Positions 49,468 through 62,382 are shown, counted from the first letter of the whole stretch. The stretch: DNA of 63,186 nt, filler included, from Pelomyxa schiedti (GCA_020536535.1; 10 parts of 10 records of this genome joined end to end with filler, not necessarily neighbours in it), one strand, 5' to 3'. The notes: a model not told the origin generated them from the letters alone. Made by a program: numbers and translations.

Positions 49468-49817
49468 AGAGCTGCCTGTAACTATTTGGTTTTCTTTTCG
49501 GATGAGAGGGGTGCCCCTCTCGATACAAAAATACGTGATCAAAGCGCATTTAGACGACCAGGAGCACGGTTGCTCATTAGTAAAAGGCGAATGACAAAAA
49601 CGTGATGCGCCTGGCCCTGCGCCGGTGATTTCTTTTTCTATTGGCCATTCGCTCTTTAACCCCCTCTCGACAAAGCCACATTATGGGTAGTTCCAGCCAT
49701 TCACAGAAAATCTCGAGAAACGAAAAGGAAAGAAAAAAACAGAGGTGCCGACGTACGCAACGACTTGTTCGAAGTAACTCACCGCACTGCACTGACTGGC
49801 CATAGTAACTAGCTACT

Positions 49818-49927
49818 ATGTCGTACCAAGCTGCAGTTGCGCTGCACCGGCTCCTGCAAGAGGCCTGCGAGGCGCGCGACGTCAGCAAGGCCGCGTCGCT
49901 CCTCCGCACGACGCTGCCCGCCAACCT
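49818..49927 (+). CDS. 5' fragment, probably ankyrin-like family B
   Basis: MSYQAAVALHRLLQEACEARDVSKAASLL; cut by contig end. Confidence 0.45.
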
Positions 49928-50027
49928 NNNNNNNNNNNNNNNNNNNNNNNNNNNNNNNNNNNNNNNNNNNNTTAATTAATTAANNNNNNNNNNNNNNNNN
50001 NNNNNNNNNNNNNNNNNNNNNNNNNNN

Positions 50028-51796
50028 ACGAAGGGGCGCCCTGGGGCTCGTTGCTGTGGCCTCGCGACAGGGCTGCCACCTGTGATTCCCCATGGGGCAC
50101 CACAACGACAACGAGCAGTGGAGGCGGAAGGCGGTTTGTGTTTTATCCACTTCCCACTTGTTATCACAAGTATGATAACGCTGGTGGTGACTTTACTGTT
50201 GGGAGGCTGGAGAGCGAATTCTGGGGTGAAAAGGGTCTCCTACAGCTCCTGGACATTGTGGCAAAACGAGGGCACCTCGACACGCTCAAGTGGGCATTCT
50301 CTCGCTTCGGCGGGACTGATGAGTCTTGGTTTCTGCTGAGACGATTTCTAGCTGCAGTCGAAGGGTTCCAGGTTGACACAGTCGTGTGGCTGGCAAACAC
50401 AATCAATTCCACAGAGAGGTTGGACCGGCAGCTTTATCATCATTTTTGGCCGTGGGGAGTGCCTCACCGTGCGTCTGACATACCGAGGATCATTGAAGCG
50501 TTTCCAAAGTGGTCATTTGATGCCAGAACACTGGCACAGAGGGCAGTGGACTGCAAGGGACCATCAGACGAGATCATAAAAGTCTGTGAGTGGCTGGTGA
50601 AGCGGTTTCCCTCAGAGGAAATGGATTTCACCAACTCCAGGAACTGCGAAGTGGTCAAGTGGGCACTGGAAGGTGTGAACTCTTCCCTTCTCAAAGGCAC
50701 ATTGTGGAGTCTCCTTCAGAATACAGATGATGTTCAGTTCGCACAGTGGTTGTTGGAGAGAGTAATCCCAACCAAATTAGATTTGAATGTATGCAGACAC
50801 AGAAAGGACAACGTGGCCATTGTCAAATTGGTATGTGAAAAGCTCCCTTTAAGCTCAGAGGATATCCTCAGAGCTCTCCACATGTCACTCGCACGAGGCA
50901 ACACGCGAATTGCACAGTTTCTTGAGGAGCGCTTCTTCAATCTCACCAAAACAACGCCAAATCTTTCCCTGAACCCTCTTTTGGAGTACAACTACATCCT
51001 TGGAACAGCGTTCCACTGGAAACATGCAGGAATCGTTGACGCCCCGGAGAGCGAAGTTGTTGGTGCATGGAAGGACATCATCACCCTTGGGTACACCTAC
51101 GCCTCTAGACAGCTGCCTTTGTTTCTGATTGAAAAGTTCAGACCAGCTTTGGGGGAGTGGTTCTCATCCCTGGAATTTCTAACGGATGCAATTGAAAATG
51201 GCGACCTCCTTCAAGTCAAAAAGGTTGTGCACCTTGCTGAAGCTCATGTTGGTGGGCTGGTCCCCTCCGATGTTCTGAGGCTATTGAGGCATTATGCCGA
51301 CTCCAGCAAAGTGCTCAAGTGGCTGATTTCACATTTCAACTTGGAAACGGAAATGAGCTCCAAACAGAAGGGGAAGATTCTGATTTCCTTGATTTCCAGA
51401 AACAAGTGCAGTTGCGCACAGTGGTTTGCCCACAAGTTCTCTGTGACAGCCAATGATGTATGTTCATGCTTCAAAAAACCTGGCCACTAACCTCGGAACC
51501 CCAAAAAGGTTTTCCACCTGCGACGGTTTGATCCCATAGGAGCTGATTTTGCAGGCTGGAGTTTGATGTTAACATTGTTCCCCACCATCACCCAACAAGC
51601 TGTCATTGACCACTTCCTGTTCACTGTTGTCTGTTCACCACTCCTGCTGCTGTGGCCTGATATCAGGGATGGTGTCAGCGCCGAACAATATCTTGCAGCC
51701 ACAAACAGTGAAGAAACCATTTGGTGGTTGGAGGACCAAGGACTCTCAAAACCAACGACAACGACAGACCCAGGACCATATGGCCTCTTTGACTAA
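50028..51796 (+). CDS. Degenerate ankyrin-repeat-like helical protein (family B), 5'-partial
   Basis: AKRGHLDTLKWAF, VVKWAL, ARGNTRIAQFL, ENGDLLQVK, SSKVLKWLI; one GT-AG intron at about 51458-51508. Confidence 0.7.
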
Positions 51797-52060
51797 AAAG
51801 GAGAAAAAAAGAGAACACAACGTATTACACAAGTGCACCCTGATTCCAAAGTGTGCACACATTCCCCAATTTGGATGGATTGGGGGGATTTAAAACCATT
51901 GTCTCCTCTCAGTCTGCGCAGACGGCAGAAAGACGAGAAGGGGCACAGCGGGCAGTATGTTTCCATTCTCTTCTCCGTATTTCTTTTTTCACTTCAAGTT
52001 ACGGTACTTCGTAACAACAAAAAAACTTGGAGCCACGAGACTCATCGACGGCAGTGAGAC

Positions 52061-54173
52061 ATGCTTTCTTTGGGCTCAGAACCGGCCGCACTTACGACGA
52101 ATACAGCTCAATCAGGGATGGTGTCAGCGCCGTTGAGTACAAAAGGTCGAACGAACAACAGCAACGGCACCTGCAACTGCGCGTATGAAGTATTGGAGCC
52201 GATTGTCCAAACGGAAACCACAGTGACACTTGATGTTCAACCAGCGCAACTCCACGTGGGGGGGAGTGCTGGGACATCCCCAACAAATTCACAGGCATCC
52301 ACAATGCCCCTGCAACAAACGGCAGCTGCTGATACGACGGCAAAGCCAAGTGCAACGGCGACTGCCTTGGTTGGAGACAAAGCCACAAGTGGCACAGAGC
52401 CGGCGCCTTCCGAACTTGCCGAGGGACCACCACTTGCAGTCCCTGTCACAACCGAACGCCCTGGGGCAAGCACCCTTCACAGCTCTGCGCTTACCGGTAT
52501 GGACTGGCCTTGGTGGCTTGTATTCTCGGCGATTGTGCACCTGGAAAAGGAGAAGAACGCGAAATACAAGAGCATCTCCCCGGACAACATCCACAGGTGC
52601 TACGCGTATCCCACGTACGGCCGAGACAAGAAACGCATCTCCAAGGCCATAACTGGGTGTATACTCGATTCCATGGTCTCACATGGCTTTCTGAAACGCG
52701 TTGGAAGTAAGACTAGTGTCTATCGGGAATTTGCCATCTGTGATCCTGGAGGAACCGAGTGGGTGGAGCTGAGCCAAGCCTCACTCAAGTGTTTCCAAAA
52801 GTGGAAGACCAAAACGAAGAAAGACAAGATAAAGGAAAAAACCCTCAAAAAGCCAAAAGAGCTGGACACTGGTGTCAGGTGCTTTTGCAGCCAATCGCAT
52901 TTGCAGATTCCACCAGAAAAACAAGGTTAATCATAATTGATGTGGTGATGCAGTTCTTTTCTTTTCTTTTCTTGTTTTGTTTTTTTGTTTTGTTTCTTGT
53001 TTTGTTTTTTGTTTTGTTTTGTTTCTTGTTTTGTTTTGTTTGTGTATGTATGTATGTGTTGCCACTCTCGCTCTTTTATTGAGACTCGTATTATTATTGC
53101 CAAGTTCCTTGGACGATCCTGGTTCTGGAAATGAGAAAAAAGACTTGGGGTGACGATCTGAGGTTGTTTTTTGAGCCTCTCAGGCAAGTGACCATCTTCT
53201 CACTTCCAATAACGAGTGAGAACGATTTGAGCGGGTATTGTTGAACGCTCTCCCCTTTTTTCACCTCCTCAGCCAGCCGACGAACATTTCTTTCTCCCTC
53301 AGGGCGAACTTCCGCAAGAAGTTGGACGACGCCGGAATCCCATTTTGTGCTGTGGATGCGGTTATTATCAACTGCCATGGAAAATGCTTGTACTGGGGAG
53401 AACAAAAAACCAAGAGCGACACGAAACTTGTCACTCGAGATTGGAGGGACAGAGACGGCACGAAATGGGATGGAGAGCCCGAGATGGTGATTTCCTTTCC
53501 CCATTCGAGATGCCACGCCGTGGCCATCTACGAGGTTTACGGGACCCTGGCGTCGGTGCTCGTGCACGCGGACCTCTTCATCTTCTCGTGCTGCTTCCTT
53601 TTCTACACCCAAAGTCGAATTGACCACTTCAGGCAGCACATCATCCCAGGCCACACCGTTGCCAGCTGGGATTACGGCTACAAATGGAAGGATTCCTCCT
53701 GGGTGGAACGTGCATTCTTGCAGCAGTGGTACCTCAAAAAGTGCCAACCCGACTCCAAGACACTCAGCGTAACATGGCCGGAACAGGGACTCAAAACCGC
53801 AACCTATTGGGTTCCAAGGCCCTTCCTTCCTTTGCAACCACCCGGTTTGCCCCCGTCACCTTGTCCACCCGCAAAAGACACCCGAAATAACGATTGTCCA
53901 AGTTCAGCCACAACCACAACCACAGCAGCAGAAACAGGAACAGCCACAACCCCAAAGAACACCCAAAATAACAATAGTCCAAGTTCCACCCCACCCACAA
54001 CACCAACAGCAAAAACAGGAACAACCACAACCCCAAAATCAAACCCAACAACAAGGAAACGCCCCCCAAATCGCACTAATAACACGAAAAGCACCAAGAG
54101 CCACCAGGGGGCGTTGTCCTCACCAGCAGGACCACCCCCCAAACACCCCCGCTCGGCCACGAATTTAACTTAA
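52061..54173 (+). CDS. Spliced ~621-aa protein: low-complexity N-terminus, putative winged helix, caspase/CHAT-like (clan CD) peptidase domain, Pro/Thr tail
   Basis: Phase-compatible exons 52061-52925, 53105-53234, 53303-54173. Motifs: ILDSMVSHGFLKRVG; WTILVLE; VDAVIINCHG (His 53376); ADLFIFSCC (Cys 53589). Confidence 0.62.
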
Positions 54174-54387
54174 TTATTCTTAAGCAATAATTAAGCGTCA
54201 TGTTTACTTTCACCAAGTAAAAAAGTATTCTCTTATTTTCCCTAAAAACAAAAAGAAACATAGATAGCCTTCCTCTGTGGTTTTCCATTCACTCATTGTT
54301 TCCAAGTTTAGCTTCGAAATAGGATACACAAGCCTCACATAGTCTGGTAACACGACTCTCAACCACATCATGCCAAGGGAACATGTT

Positions 54388-54616
54388 ATTGGATACGTAT
54401 CCAATGTTGGGACTCACACTTCTTGCATCAACGCGGCAGAAAAGGGCCTGGTTCTCTGTACCCTGTGAAGGGAAAATTCTGAAATGTCTGGACCACATCT
54501 GGACCAGACACGTTCTACAGTTTCGTGGTCTTTCCAGCCTCTTAGGAGCATCACATGGCAAGATCCAAAGACCCAAAAAATTATACGTGTGAGTCCCAAC
54601 ATAGGATACGTAATCC
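54388..54616. repeat. Pair of ~29-bp inverted repeats, each with a palindromic core
   Basis: 54391-54419 versus 54587-54616; perfect 18-bp palindrome attggatacgtatccaat at 54388-54405. Confidence 0.8.
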
Positions 54617-56843
54617 CCAAATGTTGCTCGCAAAAAAACGGCAACCCATAATTGCACCCCAGGAGGGTTTTTTGCTTTTACAAGTTCCCAAAAAACAGCA
54701 GTACACTTGACGCTTCTCACTGTGTACTTTATGGTGCCACTGGGGAGGTCAGCCTGATTTGCTTTGTTGGTGTTAGGGCCCTGTGATTGCCACCGGAGTT
54801 ATCAACCCCGGTGGCTCTAACCTCGGCCCTTCCCGCTGCCCAGGGGTCGGATACAGGTTCCGGCGGTGGTGGTTGTCGTGGGGGGCTCGTGTGCGAGCAC
54901 GGGTCTCCCAGGATGGCTGCCGCCTGCTGGGGGCTGCCCGATGACGGGGCGGATGTGGCCCAGACGACGCGAGATTTGTCGCCGGGGTCGGCAGCTCTTG
55001 GGATAACCTGGCTCTGCGGTGGTGGGGCGACTCGTCCTTCCCTATTTCGGGGAGGGGTGGGTTGCCTTGCTGCTCCGGGGTTGGGCCCAGGGGTGCGCCC
55101 TCTCCACCATGGCTGTGCTTGTGTCGGTTGCAGCAGGTTTTTTTGCTTCATGTGTTGTGGCGTAGGCCTCTGTTTTGGTGTATGTTTGTGTGTGAAAAAA
55201 CTGAAAACGGCAAGACTCACCTACAGAGAATGATGAAGCATAATATACATGTATCATTGAAAATGACAGAATTGCCTCTAAGATTAACAGATATTGGGAA
55301 CAGAGAATTATTTGCGGTTGTGGGATGGTTGTTCTCAATCGTGCTCTGACAGATCTAAATTTGGCTCACAAAGATTGTACAAGACTATCCAATGACATAG
55401 AGACAAGTGAAAACTCTTGAGACCTTAAACATATTTTAGTAACTAAGGCACGAATTTCAGCAGCATGAATTTTGCGTGAGAAAGGAACTGCATGAAGCTC
55501 AACAAAAGACAAGAGATAACAAATTCCTAGATTTGAAGGAGAATATCAAAGTATATTTCACCCTTACCTTCAATTTTTATGGAACCTCACTATGTCCAAG
55601 AATCACTTTTCATTATCTGGACCAACTAGTTGTATGCATGCACCAATTCAAATGCCGCACCCATGTTGAAGCAGATGTTAAGTTCAAGGCATACAGAGAG
55701 AATGGATTCCAAAAAGTTGGTGAAGTTCTGAATCTCCCTTTTCAGCACATCAGAAATAAACACGAAGTATAGAATAATACAGATATTTGAATAGTCATAG
55801 GCCACAGTATTCTGTTAAACGAGGCCGTGACTGGGCTTGACTACTGGTAACAAATATATAAATGAGAATAATCATGATAATTTACATATATAATAACAAT
55901 TTGAACTTTTTATACAAGTCAAAGAAACATTCCGCAACAGTGGAGTTCTCCTTATCTGAAAGTGAGTAACATGACAGAAAGCGAGGGTGTTCTAGACAAC
56001 AATAGAGGTGGGTGTGTCTGAAATTCCGTTAAAAGTACTAAAGCAATCGCCCATTGGGACCAACCATAACGCATACGGAGCTTCTGGAATACTGTGGGGT
56101 GTCTCCAGGATGTACTCCTCAATACAAAAAAAAGTACTGCAGAGTCCAAACTCCAAAGAAACGTTCATTTGGGTACTTGACCATAACACTAGAGGGAACA
56201 TACCGGAACTTGGCTCATGGCACCAGCAGCAAAAGAAGCCCTGAAACTGACATTTCACTATTGTAATAGTCCGAATCAGAGCAGAAACCACTGTTTGAGC
56301 ATTAGGGAGTGTTTCAGGATCAACTGGCACCATACCGATCAGTACAATCGATTATGATAAAAGTTGCTCATAATAATCTCTACTCAGTGTTATAATGAAT
56401 AAAAAAACAACCAACTTCATATGTTGAAGCTGCCCAAGAGAGAATAGTGTCTTTGAAAAAATATGAAATGAAATGTGAATGTGTACCAATAGTCCTGAGT
56501 GAATCGATGAAGGTCAAACGCACAGAATAGACAAGCTTCACATGCTCCAGCACATCGGTACTCAGTTCACCCACATCGGTCTGGGAACTTCTGGCCCTAT
56601 TTGAGTTGCAGCCGATCCCGGCAAATTGCGGCCATTCGGGCACCCTGTGGCCATCACAATGACCAAGGTGCCCCCGCTCAAGTTCTTGCACTAGGAGCGA
56701 GCAGCGGGGCACGTGCCCGAGCCAACTGCGCTGACTATCATTAATTGGCTGATAAAAACACCAGACCGCCTAACCGGAGCTACGATAACGAAAATGACCG
56801 TTGATTATTTTATCAGAACAGACAGTTCTCCTAATGATGTTCA

Positions 56844-57097
56844 TCAAACTAAACTTCTTTTTGGGTCGGTGGTGATGCCAAGCCACACCATGAGTTCATC
56901 TGTGAGCCGTGGTTTGTATTTTGACATGGTTGGGATCATGCCAGGATCATCAAACTGATGGCGAATCTCCTCCATGGTGATCCCGAATTTGCTCATTGTG
57001 AACGTGGCAATGGATGGAGAGTGGACGGCGACAGGCATCAGGTGCCTGCGTATCAGATCCGCGTCAATCTTGGGGAACTTGCGCACAATCACCTTCC
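56844..57097 (-). CDS. Family B member, C-terminal fragment
   Basis: IVRKFPKIDADLIRRHLMPVAVHSP resembles LTLFPTITQQAVIDHF..VCSP and LRLFPSEITRDVL..ATP. Confidence 0.6.
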
Positions 57098-57197
57098 NNN
57101 NNNNNNNNNNNNNNNNNNNNNNNNNNNNNNNNNNNNNNNNNTTAATTAATTAANNNNNNNNNNNNNNNNNNNNNNNNNNNNNNNNNNNNNNNNNNNN

Positions 57198-57297
<100 letters not shown>

Positions 57298-57422
57298 TTC
57301 AACCAACTCATGACACTATGGGGGGTGTGGGCTGGTGGTGGGGGGAGTTTTTTAAAACCAACAAACAAAACAAAACAGAGATTGGTTTCGAGGTGAAGTG
57401 CATTGGGTTGGGGCACCCCAAG

Positions 57423-58320
57423 TTGTTCATGCATCAGTCATATGTACTCAAGGCCCTTTTCCATTATGGTTTCACTGCCACAGCAACAAGTGTTGATAAT
57501 GACTTTGAGGTATTGTGTCTTCTTCTGGTTTTTATTTTGGTACGTGTTTTCATTTGTTTTTGTATTGAACTGCTTTTTATTTACCCCACCACCCCCACCT
57601 TTTTTTTTCTGTGTCTGTGTCCTCCTGACTTCTTTTTTCCTCCTCTCTCCATCTCATCAGAATGAGAACATTGTTGCTTCAGTTTTGGATGCACACCAAC
57701 CAAACCGATATCTTTGCCACTTCACAGACCGCATCCCACAAGAGTATTTCAACCACCTTCCACCAGCCGCAAAGGAGCTGGCATTTGACCCAGTGCACAA
57801 CAGGATGCGTGCGTGTGTGTGGGTTGTCCTTGAGCATCATCACTCTGAGACATGGGACCAATTTCTTACTCACATTGATGATGCCCAGGACATGCATGAC
57901 CTTGGAGTGTGTTACCAAAATGGTGATGGTGTGGGCAAGGACATTCACATGGCAGTGTCACTGTTCCAGAGGGCTTATGAAGTTGGCCATTCCAAGGCAA
58001 TGCGCAACCCTGGGGTGTGTTCTGAAAGAGGCAATGGTGTTGAGAACGATGTTCACAAGGAAGTGTCACTGTATCAGCGGGCTGCTGATGCTGGTGATGC
58101 CATTGCAATGTACAACCTTGGTTTGTGTTATGAACTGGACAATGGTGTTGACAAGGACGTTCACAAGGTAGTCACACTGTATCAGAGGGCTGCTGATGCT
58201 GGTGACACCAACGCAATGCGCAACCTTGCTGCATGTTATTACAATGGTGATGGTGTTACCAAGGACATTCACAAGGCAGTGGCACTGTGGCAGAGGGCTG
58301 CTGGTTCTGGCGATGCCAAA
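57423..58320 (+). CDS. SEL1-like repeat protein, partial
   Basis: Four 36-aa repeats such as AMYNLGLCYELDNGVDKDVHKVVTLYQRAADAG; intron at 57510-57660. Confidence 0.88.
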
Positions 58321-58420
58321 NNNNNNNNNNNNNNNNNNNNNNNNNNNNNNNNNNNNNNNNNNNNTTAATTAATTAANNNNNNNNNNNNNNNNNNNNNNNN
58401 NNNNNNNNNNNNNNNNNNNN

Positions 58421-59109
58421 ATGAATCAGAGCGTTCACAGCAGCTCCCCGTTCCAGCTGCATGTTGCCGTTTCTGCTTGGAAAAAGTTTCCGTTGTTGTC
58501 ACCGACTACTCACCATGAGTGGCTTGTGGACCTGCTGCATGAGGTTCTTTTCTATGGTTCATTGGCACAGGCTAAGCAAGTTGTCTCCCTCGGTGAATTC
58601 TCTCCCACTGAAATGCAAGAGTGCATGAGCCACTATTATCCATACTCCAGCAAGGTTGGAAAATGGCTGGTCCAGCAGTGCTGCTTCAGTGATCCTCATG
58701 CCGAAGTGACAGTCAAGAACTTCCCATCTTCTTGCAGGTTGTTTGTGGAATCAATTCGCCTCAACAAGCGGGGTTTTGTCAAGTGGCTCTCCAACACCTT
58801 CCACTTTACACTGAATGAGGTATGACTGCAATTCTATTTGCTCCCTCCCCCCACCCTTCACAGGTCCTTTATGAAATGCAAGGATGCGAGCTTGGAACAG
58901 AGGTGGACCTTGCCACATGGAAGCTTCTTCTGAGGCTCTTCCCATCCGAAATCACCAGGGATGTGCTCATCACACACCCGAACTTGATGATGGTTGCCAC
59001 AGCAACGCCCCTGCACACCGACGTGACAATGAACAGAGTCCCAGGAGTCACCACTGATGACATTGAACAATGCTCCTCTGCCCTCACAATGCATTGGATG
59101 ATTGATTGA
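58421..59109 (+). CDS. Family B member, C-terminal part
   Basis: YSSKVGKWLV, NKRGFVKWLSNTF; intron 58820-58863 at the same position as in 50028-51796. Confidence 0.68.
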
Positions 59110-59318
59110 CATTTGGACAGGGCAGTGGGAGTTAACCGACGCCAATTAAAAACACAACCTTGACCCACATGCATGTGGGTGTTGTTGCACTTATTGATTT
59201 GCCTGCATTTCCCACCAAAGGAGCTAACAACTTGGTTATTTTAGTGTTGTTGTGTTGACACCAACACTATAATCAACAGACCGGAAGGGGTGATTTTCTT
59301 TGTTTTAGTGGCTGTGTA

Positions 59319-61075
59319 ATGATGGGAGGGACCTTGTCGTGGGCGTGGGGGGCAGGGGAGTCGCCATCACCATCAACTACCTTACCCAATGGTACTGCTG
59401 CACCCACAATGGAGTCTACTGCAGAAAGCACGGCCACCACGCCAGCGCCCGCCGCCGCTTCTACGCCTGATACAAGCAGCGGCGGGGCCCGCGAGCGGCA
59501 ACATTGTGGGAGCGCGAGCACCGACACTCAGCGATACATGTTTGGGGGCTATGAATATAATTTGCCCAGGAATTGCCCTCGTGTGAGTTACGACCAACTC
59601 GCTGACGAGACCATGTGTGTAGTAGTATTAGATTAGTTAGATTGGTTTGGCTGTTCTGTTCTGTTCTATTGTATTCTATTACATTCTTCCTGATTGATTG
59701 GGATTAGGGTTGGTTGTGTTTGGGTGTTGACTTAACCTGTTTGCTCAGAGTAACTATGAGTAAAAATGGGCCAATTAAAGTAAGTCTAAAAAAGCTCACT
59801 TTTTATAGCTTGTAAGCTAAGTTACTTTCTCCTTTTTTTTTTCTTTTTTTATCCACAGAGTGTAGTGTATAATGGGGAGAGACTAGTACTAAAACCGGAT
59901 TTGGCTGATGCCTACATTCTCTGGTAATCTCTCGGTCCCTATTCTTTAATAACCGGTAGGTAGCACTCTCGCTCCACATCCACGGGTTGTCAAATTTCAT
60001 GGAATTGTGGAAAGACAGGGGATTTTGTTGTCTTATTTTCCACTTGGATCTCTGGAATCGCTTGTTTCGAGGCGAGTTGAAATAAATTCAAGCAATCCTC
60101 ATCGAATACAGGAATACAATCCTATCAGCAAAGGAAATTGCCAGGTTGGCATGGGATGTAGCCTTGGCAATGGAGCATCTCCACTCACAACGCATTGTAT
60201 ATAGGTTTCATTTCTATTTCTTCGCCACCNNNNNNNNNNNNNNNNNNNNNNNNNNNNNNNNNNNNNNNNNNNNNNNNNNNNNNNNNNNNNNNNNNNNNNN
60301 NNNNNNNNNNNNNNNNNNNNNNNNNNNNNCAGGAATACAATCCTATCAGCAAAGGAAATTGCCAGGTTGGCATGGGATGTAGCCTTGGCAATGGAGCATC
60401 TCCACTCACAACGCATTGTATATAGGTTTCATTTCTATTTCTTCGCCACCATTAACATCAACTAGGGATTTAGCCCTGAGGAATATTTTACTTGTATTGT
60501 TTTTACAGCACTGATTTTTAAATTCTAACAAAAAAAAAAAGAGTCAGGAGGAAGATACAGGGCATGAATTTCGGGCTACGATAACTGATTTCGGTTGGTC
60601 TTTGCGACTTGAAGAAAATGAAACTCAAATTGTACAGCAAATTGTTTCCGCTCCCTGGAAGATTCTATGTTTATCCCCTTTTTTTCTGCAATTTCTAACC
60701 CCTCAAACTATATTAATCAGCTCCCGAGGCAGTAAACGAGTTTATCTTCACATTTTCTGGTGATGTATGGAGCTTTGGAATCTTCCTATATTCTCTTCTC
60801 AGTCACACCCGTGTGCCTTCGTTTTCCTTGTCTACCACTCCGTGAATTCACCTCTGATTGGTGTAGGACCTTTTGATGGAAAATCCATATCCGAAACCAG
60901 GACTCTTCTATCACAAGGCTATCACCCTGACATTGATACACAACAGACAACATCACATGCCCCGCACCCTGGCCTTGTGTCACTCATGAGAGAGTGTTTA
61001 CAGCATCAGGCCTCACTGAGGCCTTCATTCCACTCCCTAGTACCTAAACTATCATCACTGTACTACACTCTTTAG
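59319..61075 (+). CDS. Protein kinase, tyrosine-kinase/TKL-like, multi-exon, spans a gap
   Basis: HPRVVKFHG, GSLES, AMEHLHSQRIVYRDLALRNILL, TDFG, APE, DVWSFGI, CLQ...RPSF. N-lobe exons unresolved. Confidence 0.85.
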
Positions 61076-61155
61076 AAAAAGTACATCAAAAAGAAGGGAC
61101 AAAAATCCCTTGTTTCTTAAAGATATAAATTACATCGGTACAACATGCACGGTTC

Positions 61156-61810
61156 TTACATCAAAGAACAATCATCAGAGGTACTACTACTAGTTGTTCT
61201 TGTTGTAGTGCTTTCCGGGATTTTGGGATCAAAGAACAATGTGACTAATGATGGTTCTGTTGTGGAAGCCGGAAATTAGCTGTGGAATATACAATTGAAT
61301 GAAGTAGGGAGTTACCTTCTTTTAGGACTTGCATAAAATCTGTTTCAGTTATTTTCCCGTCTCTATCAGTGTCCAAGGACGCAAATATACTGTCAACATA
61401 TTCTTCTATAGTACTGGTGGTGTAAGAAAAAAAAAGATAATTTCGTTTATTATCTATGTACTTACATAGCTCGTTTCTGTTTTATCAGCTTGAATAAACC
61501 ACCAACACCAAGGATGCGTTTCAATCGTTCTTTCTCTATTGAGCCAGATCGACCCTGTAAATTTGCGTTAGTAAGCTAATTAGGAAGGAACTGTACCGAG
61601 GCAAAGATTCTAAAAATGAAGTGTAGTTTATCTTTATCTGTTCCCTTGAGCATTACGGAGAGGCCAATCATCATTTCCTCCAAATCAATGTCTTCCAAAG
61701 GAAATTATTATTCTTGTAACAAAGGTAGAGGCTTTCATACAGTTGTTCTTATCTCTGTCAAAGACATCAAAGATTGCGCGTAATACTATCTTGTTAGTGC
61801 TCCAGTGAGG
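61156..61810 (-). CDS. EF-hand protein, calcineurin B/NCS-like, 5'-partial
   Basis: IFDVFDRDKNN, IDLEEMMIGLSVMLKGTDKDKL, VDSIFASLDTDRDGKITETDF; last exon ends DDCSLM*. Confidence 0.8.
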
Positions 61811-61910
61811 NNNNNNNNNNNNNNNNNNNNNNNNNNNNNNNNNNNNNNNNNNNNTTAATTAATTAANNNNNNNNNNNNNNNNNNNNNNNNNNNNNNNNNN
61901 NNNNNNNNNN

Positions 61911-62211
61911 TGACTCTGTGGTCATTGACAAATACAACGCCGAGGACTTGCTGAACCGGACCGTTACATCGTCAAGGGGCAGAATAACACCACCGAAGCC
62001 GGTATATGTAACAACTGCCAGTACCAGTACCAGTACAGCAACGGCATCACCAATAATGACAATCCAGTGCCACCTGGGTCTGTCTGTGAATGGCAAGGAA
62101 ATCGTCTTCGTATCTGTACAACATCCCTCCAGATCTGATGCCAAGAAGGACTCAGCAGTGAGGGCATGCACCTGGCTCAAGGACCAGAACATGCTTGTAC
62201 TTGGTTCGTAG
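61911..62211 (+). CDS. C-terminal fragment with dsRBD-like fold
   Basis: PKPVY...IQCHLGL...SRSDAKKDSAVRACTWL matches the alpha-beta-beta-beta-alpha pattern of dsRBD/Dicer dimerisation domains. Confidence 0.55.
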
Positions 62212-62382
62212 CCCTCAAGGCCACCTGAGTGATTAAAGCCACCTCACATGCGGAATTCTTCATCCGATCGGTTGCATGTTTTCTTCTACAAAAAATTTGG
62301 CGACCCCGAAGTGGCGGATCGTCCCTTGGTGGAAGATCCTTCCTTTTAAAAGGACACACAGTCTTTTTTCGCTCACAGAAAA

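Noticed and set aside
54729-56500. Short ORFs on both strands
   Set aside because: No motif or consistent exon chain found.
56570-56730. GC-rich segment with palindrome gggcacgtgccc, considered as U1 or SRP RNA
   Set aside because: Lacks the U1 5' ACTTACCTG and a convincing SRP helix-8 motif; would need an Rfam search.
60109-60450. Direct repeat of about 120 bp in the kinase gene
   Set aside because: Same gap-overlap artefact.
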